64,000 nucleotides of DNA from Octopus sinensis. Its lineage: Eukaryota. The stretch's first letter is position 1. Each line of letters opens with the position of its first letter. The notes beneath the pieces are model-generated. The model had not been told where the DNA came from, did not search any database, and was given only the letters and a program-made list of their open reading frames with translations. A program made the translations under genes and the position numbers. This document shows positions 30,038 through 45,369 of this stretch, piece after piece. The stretch covers positions 186,001 to 250,000 of the forward strand of contig NW_021836146.1 of assembly GCF_006345805.1 (NCBI RefSeq), written 5' to 3'.

Positions 30038-31269
30038 ATCTATACTTGATTCATTTTTCATAACTGGTTTACAGAATGCTATAAACCCAGTCCAGTGTCA
30101 TTTAATACCAACAACATTTCTGATAGCTATAAGTAGAAACTCACTTAAGTTTGAATCCCAACATGTTTAATCAATCTTCTTTTTATCTACTTCATTTTTA
30201 TATATACACTCACACATACATACTAATTTTGTATTTAAAAGGTAACTTAGCCATTCAAAAAGTAGGTAACAATAAAATAAGTCCCAGACTGAAATAAGTT
30301 CATTCACTGATATTATTGACTAGAAAACTAAAAACTAAAAAGATCACTGATTATGATACCCTACCATGGAAGCAGTACATTAACTGAAGTCAATAAAAGA
30401 ATAACAAAATATAAAGGGGAAATAGCATGTTTATATTTTATATGTTTATATATTGTTGTTATCAAAGTTTGACAGAGAGGAAATAAACTTGCACAATGAT
30501 CAAGGATGCTACCAAGGGGAACCTATATGCTTAAACTGTTAGAAACAGGAGTAAGATATCCCTGAGGTCATACCCTACCCTTTAATATAAAAACAGGTAG
30601 AGTTGGCTATAGTCTCAGATAAATGAAAAAAGATGGGCTAGTTGCTGCTTCAAAGCCTTTAATCATTCATCTGCTTGAAAAGGTATACACCTAGAGATAA
30701 ACAGCAATATCATGCAATTAGATCATTCACAATTTAATAACACTTTAATACTTAATGCAAAATAATTTATTCATCAACAAATAGTTGGTAACAGGAAAAT
30801 AATCTGTTGTATATACAGATGTAAACAAATAATATGCCAGGATAGTGTTACAGCATCCAACAGTCAGTCACTTTTTCATATGTCTATCATAAAAGGAATG
30901 TATTTTATGCATGAGCAGCTTAATTACGGCTCATAAAGAGCATACGATCTACTGACAGATTTTCAAACACAAGCAGATTTCATGAAACTGACCTCTGTAA
31001 CCATGAGAGTTGATCATTTCTAATATAAGGCATGAAACTTTGGAACAAAAAATATAAGAAGTTGCGACACACATATATATATAGTTTAAAATTCAAAATT
31101 ATTTTTCAAAAGTAAATCTATAGAAAGTAGACCCAATTGACCAATTTGAGAATGTTGAAATGTGTTAGGTCTAAAGCTGCATAACCCGAAATTTTGTTTT
31201 TATATTTGTACTATAGAAAAATCAGTTTAGTATACAATTCATGTCCAAGGTGTGTGTGTGTGTGTGTGT

Positions 31270-31306
<37 letters not shown>

Positions 31307-31308
<2 letters not shown>

Positions 31309-31608
31309 ACTGTGACTGACCAGGCTATCAGATGTTGCTACACATCGCTGGTCACAATGCGCTTCGCATTGTTTTAGCCTTCAAGTGACGCCACTTCACT
31401 GGCTAAGCGAGCAGGCTAACAGAAGAAAGAGTGAGAGAAAGTTGTGGTGAAAGAGTACAGCAGGGATTGCCAACACTCTCTGCCAGAGCCTTGTGGAGCT
31501 TTAGGTGTTTTCATTCAATAAACACTCACAACGTCTGGTCTGGTAATCAAAACTGTGATCCTACAACCGCGAGTCCGCTGCCCTAACCACTGGGCCATTG
31601 TGCCCTAC
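31307..31608 (-). mobile_element. tRNA-derived SINE family E
   Basis: Minus-strand head GGCACAATGGCCCAGTGGTTAGGGCAGCGGACTCGCGGTTGTAGGATC, tRNA-like. Confidence 0.7.
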
Positions 31609-32466
31609 ATATATATATATATATGTATGACAAGAAATAATTTTTGTCGCTTTTTGTATTTTTATTCACATATATATTTTTACCTTCTGTGTTTTTTGTA
31701 TACGTTTACTTTATATGTTTAAGAACCATGGTGATATTTATATATGATCAAATGTTTGGAGGTATGATGTTATATATAAAGTCGTTGACTCAAATTCAAT
31801 GTTTGTTCTATGATCAATGTTTCTTTATATGCATATGTGTGTATATATATATATATGCCCTTCCTTGGCGTTAGGAAGGGCATCTAACTGTAGAAACTCT
31901 GCCAGATCAAGATTGGAGCCTGGTGCAGCCAGCTGGTTCGCTAGCCCTCAGTCAAAATTGTCCAAACCATGCTAGCATGGAAAGCAGATGTTAAACGATG
32001 ATGGTGATGATATATATATTCATATAAACTACATAGTCATTAATTATATAGTGTTACCAATGTCTACAATAGTAGGTTGGATGTCCACATAGTGTCTAAT
32101 TTGAGCCAGATACACTGCATTATTAAATGTTAAATAATTCTTGGTCATAAATACAGCATAATGTCGGCTTTCAGTCTATAACTTTAAAAATTATAACTAC
32201 TATCTCTGCAGAATTTTTAACAACATACAGAAATTTAAAAATAGAAGACTCACAAACTTTTAACATTTATATTACTCCTAATTTCATAGTCTTCACTTAG
32301 TGAGCATAGATACTCCTAAGTAAAATATAGCATAGTCTACTTAGATATACACTGGATATTGATGCAATTCAAATATTTGTAAAAATTGCTGAAGATTTAT
32401 GGCCTTCAAAAGTAAGAGTTCTATATTTTCTTTATTATCATGAATGATTATTAGAAAAGTTTTTAC

Positions 32467-32571
32467 CTCTATCAAAAATAAAATCTGGTCTTTGCTGTTG
32501 CTAAGGATAAAATTCAAGTGACAAAAAGTTGTTAGATTTTCAATATAGTAGGACAGATGATTAAACAGAAC
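32467..32571 (-). CDS. Candidate exon (VLFNHLSYYIENLTTFCHLNFILSNSKDQILFLIE)
   Basis: Acceptor ttttcactttcttgttgtcag|G, donor GAG|gtaaaa. 105 nt, phase 0-0, single open frame. Confidence 0.55.
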
Positions 32572-35500
32572 CTGACAACAAGAAAGTGAAAACACAATAG
32601 AATTTGTTATTGTTTTTTTTTGTTTTATCTGTAGTTGTTTCAAAATTATAAGCATCCTCTCCACTAAATTTAATGTTTGTAACCAATAGAGTACTGTTGT
32701 ATAAGAGGACTTAAATTTTCAAGTCAGCTAACTATCACGGTCTTGGAAATATAAAAGAAAAGTATTCAGCCTTACTATGATAACAGCCTAAAGAGAATAA
32801 TAATTAAGTCATCTATCTTGATATTTTTCCCTGTTAGATAAAAGAAGTAATAAAATATATGTAGATTAGGTATTAACTTAAGTAGAAATGTCAGATATTA
32901 ATTGCCTTATTAGGTGTTTACAGTAATCATTTGGGTTTTCTGTTTCTTTTGTTGTATGCCTTTTCGTGACAAAAATATGTTTAAAACCCATTAATAGATA
33001 ATTTATCGCTAGTGGATGTCCTTCATAAACAGAAAGGATCATATGGAGTGGGATAGGTAAGGATAGATACTGAGATACTCCAAATTACATATTTATGAAC
33101 TAGTGTAAGTACATTATGAAATGCATGCTGTATAATAATAATAAAGAAATACAGATTTGTAGTTATTCAAGTGAAGAAGACTTTCAGCTTCTCCACTACT
33201 CTGTGCAACATGATATAACTATGAAATTATCACGCAAATGTAGATACACACCGGAATCCCTGATGATGCATTATAAATGGGTAACTAGAAAAACAAGTTT
33301 CAAACAGCAAGGAAAACAACAAAATTTTGAATACCACTGGCAGTCATCAATGTGAATAACATTCCAGAAAAATACAATTAAAGGCTTTTTTTTGTTGAGC
33401 AGCTAACAACAGAAGTAGGAACACATAGCAATTGCCATAGCATCTGCAGTTGTTGTTTTGCTGTTGTTATTATTGTTAATCCTAGAAATTATATAATCAG
33501 ATCTAAATTAGCTACAGGCATACATGCACAAATGTCCAATTATACACATGTACTCTCTTAACAATCATTTACTTTTAAACAAAATTATCAATAGTTTTGA
33601 CACTTCCTTTTCTCAAAGGAATTCTTTTTTTTTTTTTTTTTTCTCAATGAACTCATTTGACTATTTGAGTCACAGATTTATATTTGAAATCAACAAGCAG
33701 AACAGATAAAATTACGAAATGCAACCAGACAATTTCATTTGCAAAACCACTTACTCCACTTATCGTAAACTCTATTCTTGCTACTGCTTGAAGAATTATT
33801 TTATATATGTGTATGTCAAGTGTTCAGAGGTTAAAGTATGACAGAAGGACAGGCATAGCAAGACACCTTGTGCCTGTGCCACTATCATAATTTAGTTTCT
33901 CAGCACTTGGTATAAAGCCGTCTTTCTCTCAGTTCAGGGGTGGTTTACTTTGTCATGTGAGCTACTACGACACCTCACACATACCAGTGCCACAAAAAAA
34001 AAAAAAACACCAGTAAACTCTATGAAGAGGTTGACATTAGGAAGGGTATCCAACCATAGAAAACATGCCAGAGCAGCCAGTTGAACTTGATACACTCTAC
34101 TGGGTTGGTGGATACTGTCAAATTGTCTGACCCATCCAGCATAGAAGAGAGGCATTGAATTACAATGATATACATGTGTGTATGTGTGTATGTATATTGT
34201 CAATTGGAACAAGCATTAAATATAAATTGCCAACTATGTTTTATACTAAATGTATACACACCATCAAAAGACATGATGATACGGTTTTTGAACTTTTCAA
34301 AGACTACTTTAAGTAGTCTGCAATCAAGTGGAATGTGCTATATTCTATATCACAACTGTAACTAGTTATGAACTCAGGTATTCTCTGCATTATAGAGACA
34401 CTGTTTCCTTGAAAATCTAGTCATAATATGGAACACCATAATGTAAAACATATTTCCATGTGATGTGGATGTCTTATTACAGAATGACATGTTATCACAA
34501 GATTTTGGGTTTGCAATGTTTCTATAACAAGGTGGATGCCTATAGTGCAAAAGTGGTTGTTTAGCATTTAGTCAGACATGAGCAAGGAGATCGATTACTT
34601 TCCAACATGAATTATCCTATCTTTTTGTATATTCAGGATGTGTTCCCTTTCTAAGATAGTAGGATATGATTTGGCTGCCAGATCAATAATATCAAATGAC
34701 CATGCAGTGACTCCCTTGTTGGCTAAAAATCGCAATTGTTAGCATGTTGATTATGAGCTAAGTATACAGTAAACAGACATTCTAGTATCTATCAGATAAC
34801 CAATTAACAATTAATAGTTATTGTCATCATTGTTACAATAGTTATATCTGATCTAACAAATTAGTGGTATATGACTAGATGATCAATGAAACACTAGATA
34901 TTGACCTACTGTTAAGCTACTATCAATAAGATCTATTGATAAGCTAGATTAGGTGCTCTTACATAAACTGTAACATTTTATTTTCAGATATATATCAAAA
35001 TCCAACAAATTCACACTGAGGTTCCAAACGGCTAACATCTAAGGCACTGACTGACTGATGCAATTTTAATACAGCTGAAAAATAGACACTTTCTCTTTAC
35101 TTCAGTAGTATTCAGTTATAAATTTCATGTCTAAATCTTCAAATCCATTCAACCTTTACTAACAAGATAGAGCAATGAAAACAAAAATAGTTTGATGAAA
35201 AATAATTAAGAAAAGAAATATCTATAAAGCTGTTGTCTGCAATAAGAACAATATAGTCATTCTGAAATTCTATGTTAGATCTATCAAAGGCTGCTAAATT
35301 TCTCTGGGAATATTTGCTTTAGTTAGTTTTATGATTCTTAGCAGCTAATTCTAAAGTTGGAATATAAAATAAATAATAAATAGAAATCCAGTTTATTGAA
35401 ATCTAAATCTCTTATTTCTAATAAAAACAACTAAATTTAAACTTTCCAAAGCCGGATTAATTAAAAAAGACAAAATTATGAAAATAGATTGAATAAAGGA

Positions 35501-36157
35501 AATACAAAGAAAATCAATGTAAACATAGATATAAGACTACTTTTATATACTCTTACATCTAACATAATTGGCTTGATATACACAGACTGAAACTACGAAT
35601 CACGTAAACATAAGTGTACAAACATATACATTGCTAACCAAATGCAGAAATGTACATATGTGTGAAAAAAGAAACACATATATGTTCATGGAAGACACGT
35701 AGATACACACATGGCCATACTTACAGATGAACACATAACCATGTAGATACATGAATATATGCATGGCCATAGAGAGACAGATACATATATATGTAAATAT
35801 TGTAATGCATAGAAAGAGATCCCCAGAGGTGCAAAAACATGTGCACATATATAATTATGCATTCATAACACACACACACACACACACAATGGAATGTAAA
35901 GTAAGAACTATATAATACACAAGCTAAAGTGTGGCATGTTGTGGATAATCTCCAGAGTATCAGAACTAAAGTGAGAAAGATTTGAAAAAGTAAAGCTAAA
36001 GTGAAAGCAAAGAATAATATAAAATAAACAATGAAACAGAGGGGAGGGGGTATTGTAGAAATTAAGCCAGAAAAGAAAAGTAGAGCAGAAAGAGTAAAAC
36101 CAAGAGAGATACACACATTGATAGTTGAGTGTGTGTAAGAGGGAGAGAGGGAGAGAA

Positions 36158-36189
<32 letters not shown>

Positions 36190-36499
36190 AGAATTTTGGA
36201 GTCATAAAAAGACTGAATCAGAATCAAAGTTAACGAAGCTGAGAAAATAGAAAGAATCTAATTCCATAAAAATTACCAATTTTTAATAAGTGATCTTGAA
36301 AATTTAATATTGTATTCTTCATTGCAGTTTTGGGGAAATGGCTTTAATTGGTTATGAATCAAAAGGTTGCTATTTCAAATGGAGAGTACTCTTCTGTTTA
36401 TAAAAAGTTGCAGGATATTAACCATGATGAATACACAACAGAAGGTGGAGAAATCTGAATGGCAGGTTGATAGATTAAAAAAACTGAGAAAGAGAATGC

Positions 36500-36870
36500 A
36501 TGGCACTGAAAAGATGAAAGGAAAATACCAAAGGAGAAATGACAGTGAAAGAAGCAAAAAAAAAAAAAAAGCAAGACAAAGAGAGGAAAAGGAAGCAAAG
36601 AAGAAGACAACAGTGAAATAGAGCAACAAAGAAAAAGAGCAGAAAAATAAATATGAAGCCAAGAAGAAAAAAAAAACAAGAGGTGAAGTAGTAAAAAGAA
36701 AGGAATTAGAGGAAGAAATAAAGAGGAAGAAGTAAAAGAGAACAAGTGAGGAAAAGCCAAAAGAATGAGAAAATAAGTAAAAAAAAAAAAAAGAAATTGT
36801 GGAAAAAAAAACCAAAGATGGTGAAGAAAATAAATGAGAAAAACAACAAAGAACAAAAGATAGCATTTGT
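36500..36870 (+). repeat. Low-complexity A/G-rich tract
   Basis: Runs of AAG/AAAG/GAAA; accounts for the Phe/Leu-rich minus-strand ORFs. Confidence 0.8.
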
Positions 36871-36976
36871 GTCGAAGGACATGGAATAAGCTAATTTGTC
36901 GTTTGACATTTAAATATGTTGTATTTATGGTACTAATGTCATCCAAATAGAAGGTTGTGATCAATGTTCTAATCTA

Positions 36977-37677
36977 TAGGGGAGTCTGAAAGTCTTGTTA
37001 ATCCCTACCAAAAAGTAATGACAACAATAAAACAAGTAATGCTGAAAGCCAAAGCACGAACTGGATTTAGTTTATTCACTTTGACACTGTCACACATCAA
37101 GAAAGCCTGTATGACCACCATTATTTTCGTCGCACAAAATGAGGTGGTGCCATGTCCTATGTGACATTTTTCGAAGCTGTGCATTGATGATTGCTTCAAA
37201 GGCTCTCTGAACGGTATCCTTCAACAGAAGGGTATTCTGGTATCATTCATGTGAAACTCTCTCCTTGATAATATCCCACAGAGCATTATCGCAAGACGTG
37301 AGGTCTGAACTTCTGGGAGGCCAATCGACAGGTGCTGGAAGTTGTTGAGATCCTTGCCCTATCCATCTATCCTGCAAAACTTCATTTAGGTATTCTTGGA
37401 CAGTGACTAGCATAGTGGGGTAGAGCACCATCTTGTTGAAACCAACAATCATTCAGGTCAATATTCAACCTTGGGAGTTGTGGAACAAGCCACTCCCTTA
37501 ACATGGCTAAGTAAGATTGTTGGTTAACAGTGCCCTCGAAGAAATAGGGTCCTATCAGGTACTTGATGTGATGGCCCAAATCATTACATGTGGGGGTTGT
37601 GCTAGAATAAAAAATAATGATAATAATGACAATAATAAGCAATATGTAGGGAGTATTAAGATTTTTGGACCACCTTG
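36977..37677 (-). mobile_element. Internally deleted Tc1/mariner-superfamily transposon with transposase remnant
   Basis: IGPYFFEGTVNQQSYL, CWFQQDGALPHYA, RWIGQG and WPPRSSDLTSCD motifs; degenerate TIRs flanked by TA at both ends. Confidence 0.85.
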
Positions 37678-38029
37678 TACAATAAGAAATGAATTGCATG
37701 GAGTAATTCAACTGACTCTATAAATCTTGATCAGTTATACTGAAATTAAAGAAGGTCTTGTAATTTAAATATTTACAAGTTAAAAGCTCAGAAAACTTTA
37801 CATTTAGTGGCATTACTTGAAACATGTGAAATCTGCTATCCTTAATATCATCATACAGCCCCTATGCAGCCACATTCTTTCACATGTAAATATGTATGCC
37901 GGAAGACTGTTTCAACATACTCCAAAATTCTATCTCAATTGTGCCCATCCTTTTCTGCTTCTCCTGCATGAGAAAAAAATATTCTGAATACTGCTTCTAT
38001 ATCACATCATTGGAATTTTGATCACAGAA

Positions 38030-38520
38030 GACATAAGATGTGTGAAGGATCTCAAAGACAAATAATGCTGGCAAAATTTGCATTCCCAAAATTGTATAAC
38101 ACCTTGAGAAACTGTACTCTGATCCATATACTGAACTGCTATGCCTATCCTGTGTTAATGGAAGCAAGATCTATAGCATTAAAAACAAGAAGGTGTTTGG
38201 GGAGCTGTGAAATGTGGTTCTTGAGTAGAGTATTGAGGATAGCATAGACAGACAAAGTGTCTAATGAAGTGATGACCTGGGCTGCAGTAAATGGGAAACT
38301 AAGATTTAAGTGAAGGAAGGCCTGGAGAATTTAGCAATGACCAGAAAATTTGAAGATAAAAAAAAGCAGAGGAAGGAGAAAGATGATAAGAATGTCAAGC
38401 TTGACAATTTGGTTGGGAGAAAGAGGCATTAAACTCCAGGAGGGGGAACTGTTACAGAAAATAAAGAAAATCGTGGCAGGACATGATCGCCTATGTCCTA
38501 CATTCTGGACATGGCACCTA
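38030..38520 (+). mobile_element. RTE-type LINE 3' remnant
   Basis: ILNCYAYPVL, CEMWFLSRVLRIA.TDKVSNEV, GLENLAMT.KFE.KKSRGRRK and WQDMIAYV motifs, with frameshifts. Confidence 0.7.
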
Positions 38521-40589
38521 AAGAAAGAAAGGAATATCAAAAACAATCTTTTATAAATGCTGTTTTGTTGTAAGAAACACTATCAAAACTGCCTGGAATC
38601 ATTATCTGCCTTACTGTGCTCTATACAGTACCAATAGCTAATTACAAATCTTTAGAGTGAGCAACAGTATTTGAAGCAAAACTAGACCACCAGACATGTT
38701 GACTACAAATTCTCTCAATAAGTTTAATGATATCACTATGCTATGAGCATACTCAGGAATAGCTTAGTCATTAATAACAAGAATATAGTTCAAGTAATTA
38801 TACATTTTCTCATATAGTAAACATTTCAAATAACCATGCAACTCAAAACATTGTGCCAGAAACATTTTTTTTTTAACTTCAATAAATACCATAGTGTAAT
38901 GGTAATCTTTATACAATTTAGTTTTAATTTCAAGTCATAGTTCTTAATATCATTTACATTGCTAATTCCATGTAAAAATCAACTCATCTTCTCTCTTGTA
39001 TTCCCCGAAGGTCTAACATTCTATGAATAAAAATAAAAATAATACTGTTCAATCAATATAATTGTATAATCTATTTGTAAAATCAGAAGCAAAAATTACT
39101 CAAAGTTTTGAGAAATATGAAATAATAAAAAAAACTAAGAAAATATCAACAATTATCTATGAGTGATGTTATACAGCATATTTGTTTTTATATTATATAT
39201 TACTTGTTTCAATTTATTTAGACTGCCGCCATCCTGGGGCACCATCTTGAGGAATTTTTAGCCAAAGGAATTGATCTCAGCACTTGAAATTTTTTTAAAG
39301 CTTGGTACTTATTCTATTTGTCTCTTCTTGCCAAACTGCTAAGTTATGTGGATGTAAACACACCAACAATGCTTGTCAAGTACTGTGTCTGATGGTACAA
39401 GTCTCCATACTCATTATTATTATTAATACTAATATACACTCACACACACATGCATATATACATATATGTATGTATGTGTATGTATGATGATCTTCTTTCA
39501 GTTTCTGTCAAACATATTCATTCAAGGTCTTGTTTGACTCAAGGCTACAATAGAAGACACTTGCTGAAGGTGCCATGCAGTGGGACTGAACCCAGGACCA
39601 TGTTGTTGGGAAGCAAACTTCTTAAATCAAACAGCCACACCTTCTGAATTTTAAACTAATTTTTTTTAAATCATCTTATACTATAAAGTAACTTAAAATT
39701 TAATATAGGGCACATGCATGCAATATACAATCAGAATATTAAAACAGTAGTATCTTATAAATTCATATTTATGAAGTAAAAAACAAATATTTTACAGAAA
39801 GTGCATTTTTATCTAAATGAAATGATGGCACTCTGAAACAATAACTGAACACTTTCAGCAAATAATTTTCAACAAAATGAAGTTTCACTTGTAACAACCA
39901 ATCAATTCAATTATAAATAATCACTTGATCCATCTCATTACATTCTTCCCAACAATTATAAGAAATTTTGCATTTAAAGAAAGTTAAGAAAAATATTTTT
40001 AGAAAACAATTTAAAGTTGTTTTTTTTTCTTTCACTCTTGATTACACAAACTAATTGTTATTGTTTATTATGCATTATTGCAGGTTTTGATTATTTTTAT
40101 TATTTTAAACTTCACAATTTAAATTTTTCCCTAATTAAAGGTAGTAGCGATAGCTGTGGCAAACGATACTAATTTTGTCTCTTGGTCAATTGTAAAAGAA
40201 ATTAAAATTAATTTCAGTAACTCCAATTCAACGGAGGTGTGTGTATACAGTTAAATGAAGAGAATAACTAACCTAAATAGCATATTGCTGTTTATTTTAT
40301 CAACACCAAGACAACTCTGATTAGTTTTTAAATCAAATCATTGAGACAATGAGCATCAGTTTGAAGGAATATATTTTATCTATAGACAAAGGGATAAAAT
40401 TTACTTCCTAAATAAATTCACCACGAAATTTAACACCACACCAAAGAAACAATTATTAAGAAATAGTCATTTTTATAGTAAATATAAGTAGATAATATAA
40501 CAATATTTACATATTTCAACTGCATCATTATTTCATATAATTTATTCAAATTTAATTCGATATTTCACCAACAACTTGTGCACGTACTA

Positions 40590-40910
40590 AGTGCAATGCT
40601 GCATGACAGTGTGATTCAGGCTTTGAATGTGAAAACATAGTGAAAGGCACAAAAAAGTGTGGTGATATGAATATGAACACCAGCACAAAATAAGCTGAGA
40701 AAAAACTGGATGGATATAAGTAGAATTAGATGTAGTACGCAACAGAGGAGACTGTAATGATAATGATGTGTGATGCATAAAGGGAATGCCAGTCGTATAA
40801 TGCTCTCCAGGTGGATGGAAACGGGGACAAAATGTGAAAACTAACCTTAAGACCTGAATTTCAGCCAGCATGGAAAATGGACACATTACAGGACGACGAT
40901 GATGATGATC
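40590..40910 (+). mobile_element. Highly degenerate RTE-like LINE 3' end with (GAT)n tail
   Basis: Residual IRCSTQQRRL similarity to RTE C-termini; ends CCAGCATGGAAAATGGAC...GATGATGAT like SINE family B. Confidence 0.4.
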
Positions 40911-41096
40911 AAGGATCATGTCTTGTGAAGACCTCCCAACCTATGTAAAAATAGTCCTTTTGTGTTGAGGATAGGACTGTCTATCCAGTGTTGGAGTCAC
41001 AATAAACATGAACTTAGTACACTGTATAGTGGTTGGCATCAAAAAGGGCATCATATATATGTGTGTGTGTATATATAAATGTATAAACACACGCAC

Positions 41097-41299
41097 ACAA
41101 GGGGTGCTGAAAAAATCCTGGCTTTGGGTAAAAGAAAAGACACGAGGACCAGTTAATTATGATTTTATTCAATATATTCACACACTTATTGCAACAATCC
41201 TTCAGTTTTTCTAAGCCTTGTAAAGAATGTCAGAAGGTTGGGCCTCCAACCAGGTCTTTCGCAATATCTTTAAGGCCAGGAACTTTTCAGTACCCATCT

Positions 41300-41302
<3 letters not shown>
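41097..41302. mobile_element. Mariner-like MITE
   Basis: Imperfect TIRs ACAAGGGGTGCTGAAAAAATCCTGGCTT and AGGCCAGGAACTTTTCAGTACCCATCTTGT. Confidence 0.6.
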
Positions 41303-41336
<34 letters not shown>

Positions 41337-41392
41337 AGATGTACTTGCATAGCAAGTGACTTGCTTTAAGATCGTGTGCTGAAATAAAAACA

Positions 41393-41647
41393 ACTGCAGA
41401 GTGGAAGGTGTTTATAAGCCATTTAAAAACACAAAAACCGTTAGATTCACTTCAACATTTAAATTTAATTAGTCATAATATTTTCATCACTTTGAAACTG
41501 CGACCTGCAGCATGGAATTTTGTCCGTGAACAGTTCATGGTTTCAAAATGACAAAAATAGCCTGACAAATTAAATTTAAATGTTGAAGTGAATCTAATGG
41601 TTTTTGCATGTTTTTAAATGGCTTATAAACACCTTCCTCGCTGCAAT
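41393..41647. mobile_element. Foldback MITE with about 75-bp inverted repeats between (TA)n tracts
   Basis: GGAAGGTGTTTATAAGCCATTTAAAAAC...TTAGATTCACTTCAACATTTAAATTTAATT is mirrored at about 41568-41645. Confidence 0.75.
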
Positions 41648-42057
41648 TGCTTATATATATATATATATATATATATTTAATAAATTAAAGGTGGGGGTCT
41701 TGTTAGCAATTAGAACCTAATGCCAAAATTAATAGAGGTCACGATACGGCTATATATGCTGGGGACGTTTTGTTAATTGAACTCTTATTTTAGCATAAGT
41801 GGTGCTAGTCAGCACCCACCATCACTTTTGTGACCTCCATTAATGTGTGTGTGTGTGGGGGGGTATAAATATACACACATATACAAAGGTGCAGATACAT
41901 ATAATTTTATTTAAAGATAAGCATTCACTGTAGACGGATACACTACACACATAGAATGTTACACATTTCTCAAACAAGTTTGGATGATTACATTTCTAAG
42001 TGCAGATGCAAGTGTGTTATCATGCTACACTAATATATAAAAAAATGGACATATTCT

Positions 42058-42116
<59 letters not shown>

Positions 42117-42834
42117 TCATATATATATATATATAGAGAGAGAGTATATAAAGTAATCTCTAGTACAAATTTTACACAAAGATTCATGCCTTCCAGAGTA
42201 TATGTTTTACACACCCACTCAAAACATGTATACTTTTTCTTCACAAACTCAGAAGCAGTCATACATACATACATATGCACTTCTTTTCATGTATATAAGA
42301 TAATTTAATCCAATGGATAGTCATGCATATTTATATACAATGTATAAAAGCAATGGGAAATATATTTCAAAACTATGTCACACTCTGATATATTACATAA
42401 ATGCATATAACTCATCTGGTATTGAAAAACATGTACATCACGACACCTTTAGATTTACTTTTTTTTTTTTTTTTGCTGCCTAAGATATATTTTTAAATAG
42501 TTTGTTTTGCATTGAAAAAAAAAATACATCGAAGTTCTTTTAAATCCAAAATAAGTAAAAAAAATATCATAAGGCTACTTTTAAGAAAGTTTGCAAAAAA
42601 AAAAAAAGGTTTAGAAAAGCTTCCCTAATTTTGATACATCATACATATGCTGCATGTGCATACTGCGTGTACCAATTTGTATTTGAATATGAAAAAAAAA
42701 AAACAAGATGCGAAACTCTGCATAGGGAAATAAGAGTGTCGCAAGTTTGAATAAATGAATGAAGCCTATTACATGTAATCATTTCCTTTGTTTGTAAATC
42801 TGAAAATATCCATAAGTATATCATAAAGACACAC

Positions 42835-43625
42835 AGAGGTGCAGGCATGGCTGTGTGGTAAGAAGCTTGCTTCCCAACCACATGATTAGGTTCAGTCCCA
42901 CTGCATGGGACCTTGGGCAAGTGTCTTCTATTATAGCCTCAGGCTGACGAAAGCCTTGAGTGGATTTGGTAGACAGAAACTGAAAGATGCCCATCGTATG
43001 CATATATATATATATATATATATATCATCATCGTCGTTGTTTAACGTCCGCTTTCCATGCTGGCATGGGTTAGACTGTTTGACTGAGGGCTGGCAAGCTA
43101 GAAGGCTGCACCCGGCTCCAATCCGATCAGGCAAGGTTTCTACAGCTGAATGCCCTTTCTAACACCAACCACTCTGAGAGTGTATATACATGTATATATT
43201 TGTGTCTGTGCCTGTCCCCACCCACCATCACTTGACAACCGATGTTGGTGTGTTTACATCTCCATAACTTAGCAGTTCAGCAATAAAGACCTATAGAATA
43301 AGTACTAGGGTTACAAAGAATAAGTCCCGGGGTCGATTTGTTTTACTAAAGGCAGTGTTCCAGCATGGCCACCGTCATATGACTGAAACAAGTAAAAGAA
43401 TAAAAGAATACACACACATACATACTTATGTATGTGCAAATCTGTGCCTATATATTTGTGTGTGTGTGTGTGTGTGTATATGTATTTAGCGGTTCGGCAA
43501 AAGAGACCGATAGAATAAGTACTGGGCTTACAAAGAATAAGTCCCGGGATCGAGTTGCTCGACTAAAGGCGGTGCTCCAGCATGGCCGCAGTCAAATGAC
43601 TGAAACAAGTAAAAGAGTAAAAGAG
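42835..43625 (+). mobile_element. Nested SINE cluster: family A interrupted by an inverted family B copy, plus a second family A 3' module
   Basis: A 5' half 42835-43010; B on minus strand 43025-43185; A 3' half 43200-43410; CpG-intact A 3' half 43485-43625. Confidence 0.8.
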
Positions 43626-45319
43626 TAGAGAGTATATATATACGTGTGTGTGTGTATGTATATATATATATATATATATATATACATGTGTGTGTGTGTC
43701 TGTGTCTGAGTGTGGCATATTAAAAGCAGCTGACAGCCTAACACTGGTACACCTTTTTGCTTCCGCCTCACCATTAACAAGACTTAAATGCTACTGGTGA
43801 AATAACAAATTAAAAATGAAACCTTTACTAAAAGTTTCTATTTATCTAACAGTAAATTTGTCCTATGTGTGTGTAAGTAAATACGAGCAAATAATTCACT
43901 TACAACAGGAACAAGAAAATATGCAAATTTCCAATGCATTTTATTTTCAACTATAGTATTTAATTATTTACATCTTGAATATAAAGGGAGTTTGCCACTG
44001 AGATGCTCTCTTTCCTAGCGACCCTAAAAACATATTGTTTGAGGTTTGATCCAGGCCTGATTAGATGTTTGGGGTTCATCCGAACCTGCCATTTCTACCA
44101 CCATCTATATATGTGAATATGCATACATAAACCACCAGAAAGCAACTTGGGAAATAATGATGTTGAAGAAAATTCTTTGGTATGTATATGTGTGTAAATA
44201 TACATACAAATATGCACACACATATACACATATAAATATATATATATACATATATATACAGACATACACACACTACACACACACATCTGTATATGCACAT
44301 CCATCATCATCATCATTTAACGTCCGTTTTCCATGCTGGCATGGGTTGGACAATTTGACTGAGGTCTGCAAAGCCAGCGGCTGCACCAGGCTCCAATCTG
44401 TTCTGGCAATGTTTCTATAGCTGGATACCCTTCCTAATGCCAACCACTTCAAGAGTGTAGTGAGTGCTTTTTACGTGCCACTGGCACAGCAGCCAGTCAG
44501 GTGGTCCTGGCATCGACCACATTCGGATGGTACTTTTATGCATATTTCTATTTATTGTTATCGTTGCATTTCTATCTACTACAATCAGAACAAACCAGTA
44601 AATAATGCACCACAGAGCATATGAATTAACTCTATATGATTAGAACAAGGCTAGAAATAATTTCTTACATAGAATTAATGATTTCACTTGGAAAAGAAAA
44701 TGACCACGGATGAACAGCTCCAATCTGATATTATTTTATTAATAACCTCTAGTTCCAGTCAACCATTTCTTTATGTCCAAATTGAAATAAAATCAAGATA
44801 TTCTAATTAGAGGTGTTAGTACACTATCATTTTTAATGATCGATTACAGTGCACAACTAATTTATTGGAATACTTTAATGCTTTAGTCAAATATATTCAT
44901 ATGGTTAAAAACATATGGAAATATTTTGAAATCTATTTATATATTGCCCTGAAGAATTTAGTATTAGTAGTAAGCAAAGTTTATATAAATAGCTACTACT
45001 AGAATATATGGAATTTAAGAAATGATCAACTGCACAGATTCAAAATATTTTAACTTGAAAAAGAAAAAAAAAAGAAAACAGAAAAAATATATGTAAACCA
45101 GTGTTGTTATAACGAAAAGACTTAGGAAAATGTGGATCTATTGCAAGTTTAGCAAAATGAAAGAAATGTAATTGCTAGAGTTACGTCAAAGGTGATTTAA
45201 ACCTCAGATATATCCATTGCTGTTCTACAAGAAAAATATAGGAAGATATATAGATATATAGAAATTTCTTTTTTAATAATGCTTCAAAGAAGAATGTTTC
45301 AAAATAAAAATTCTCAAAG

Positions 45320-45369
<50 letters not shown>

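Noticed and set aside
36375-36964. 163-188 aa Phe/Leu-rich ORFs
   Set aside because: Products of an A/G-rich low-complexity tract.
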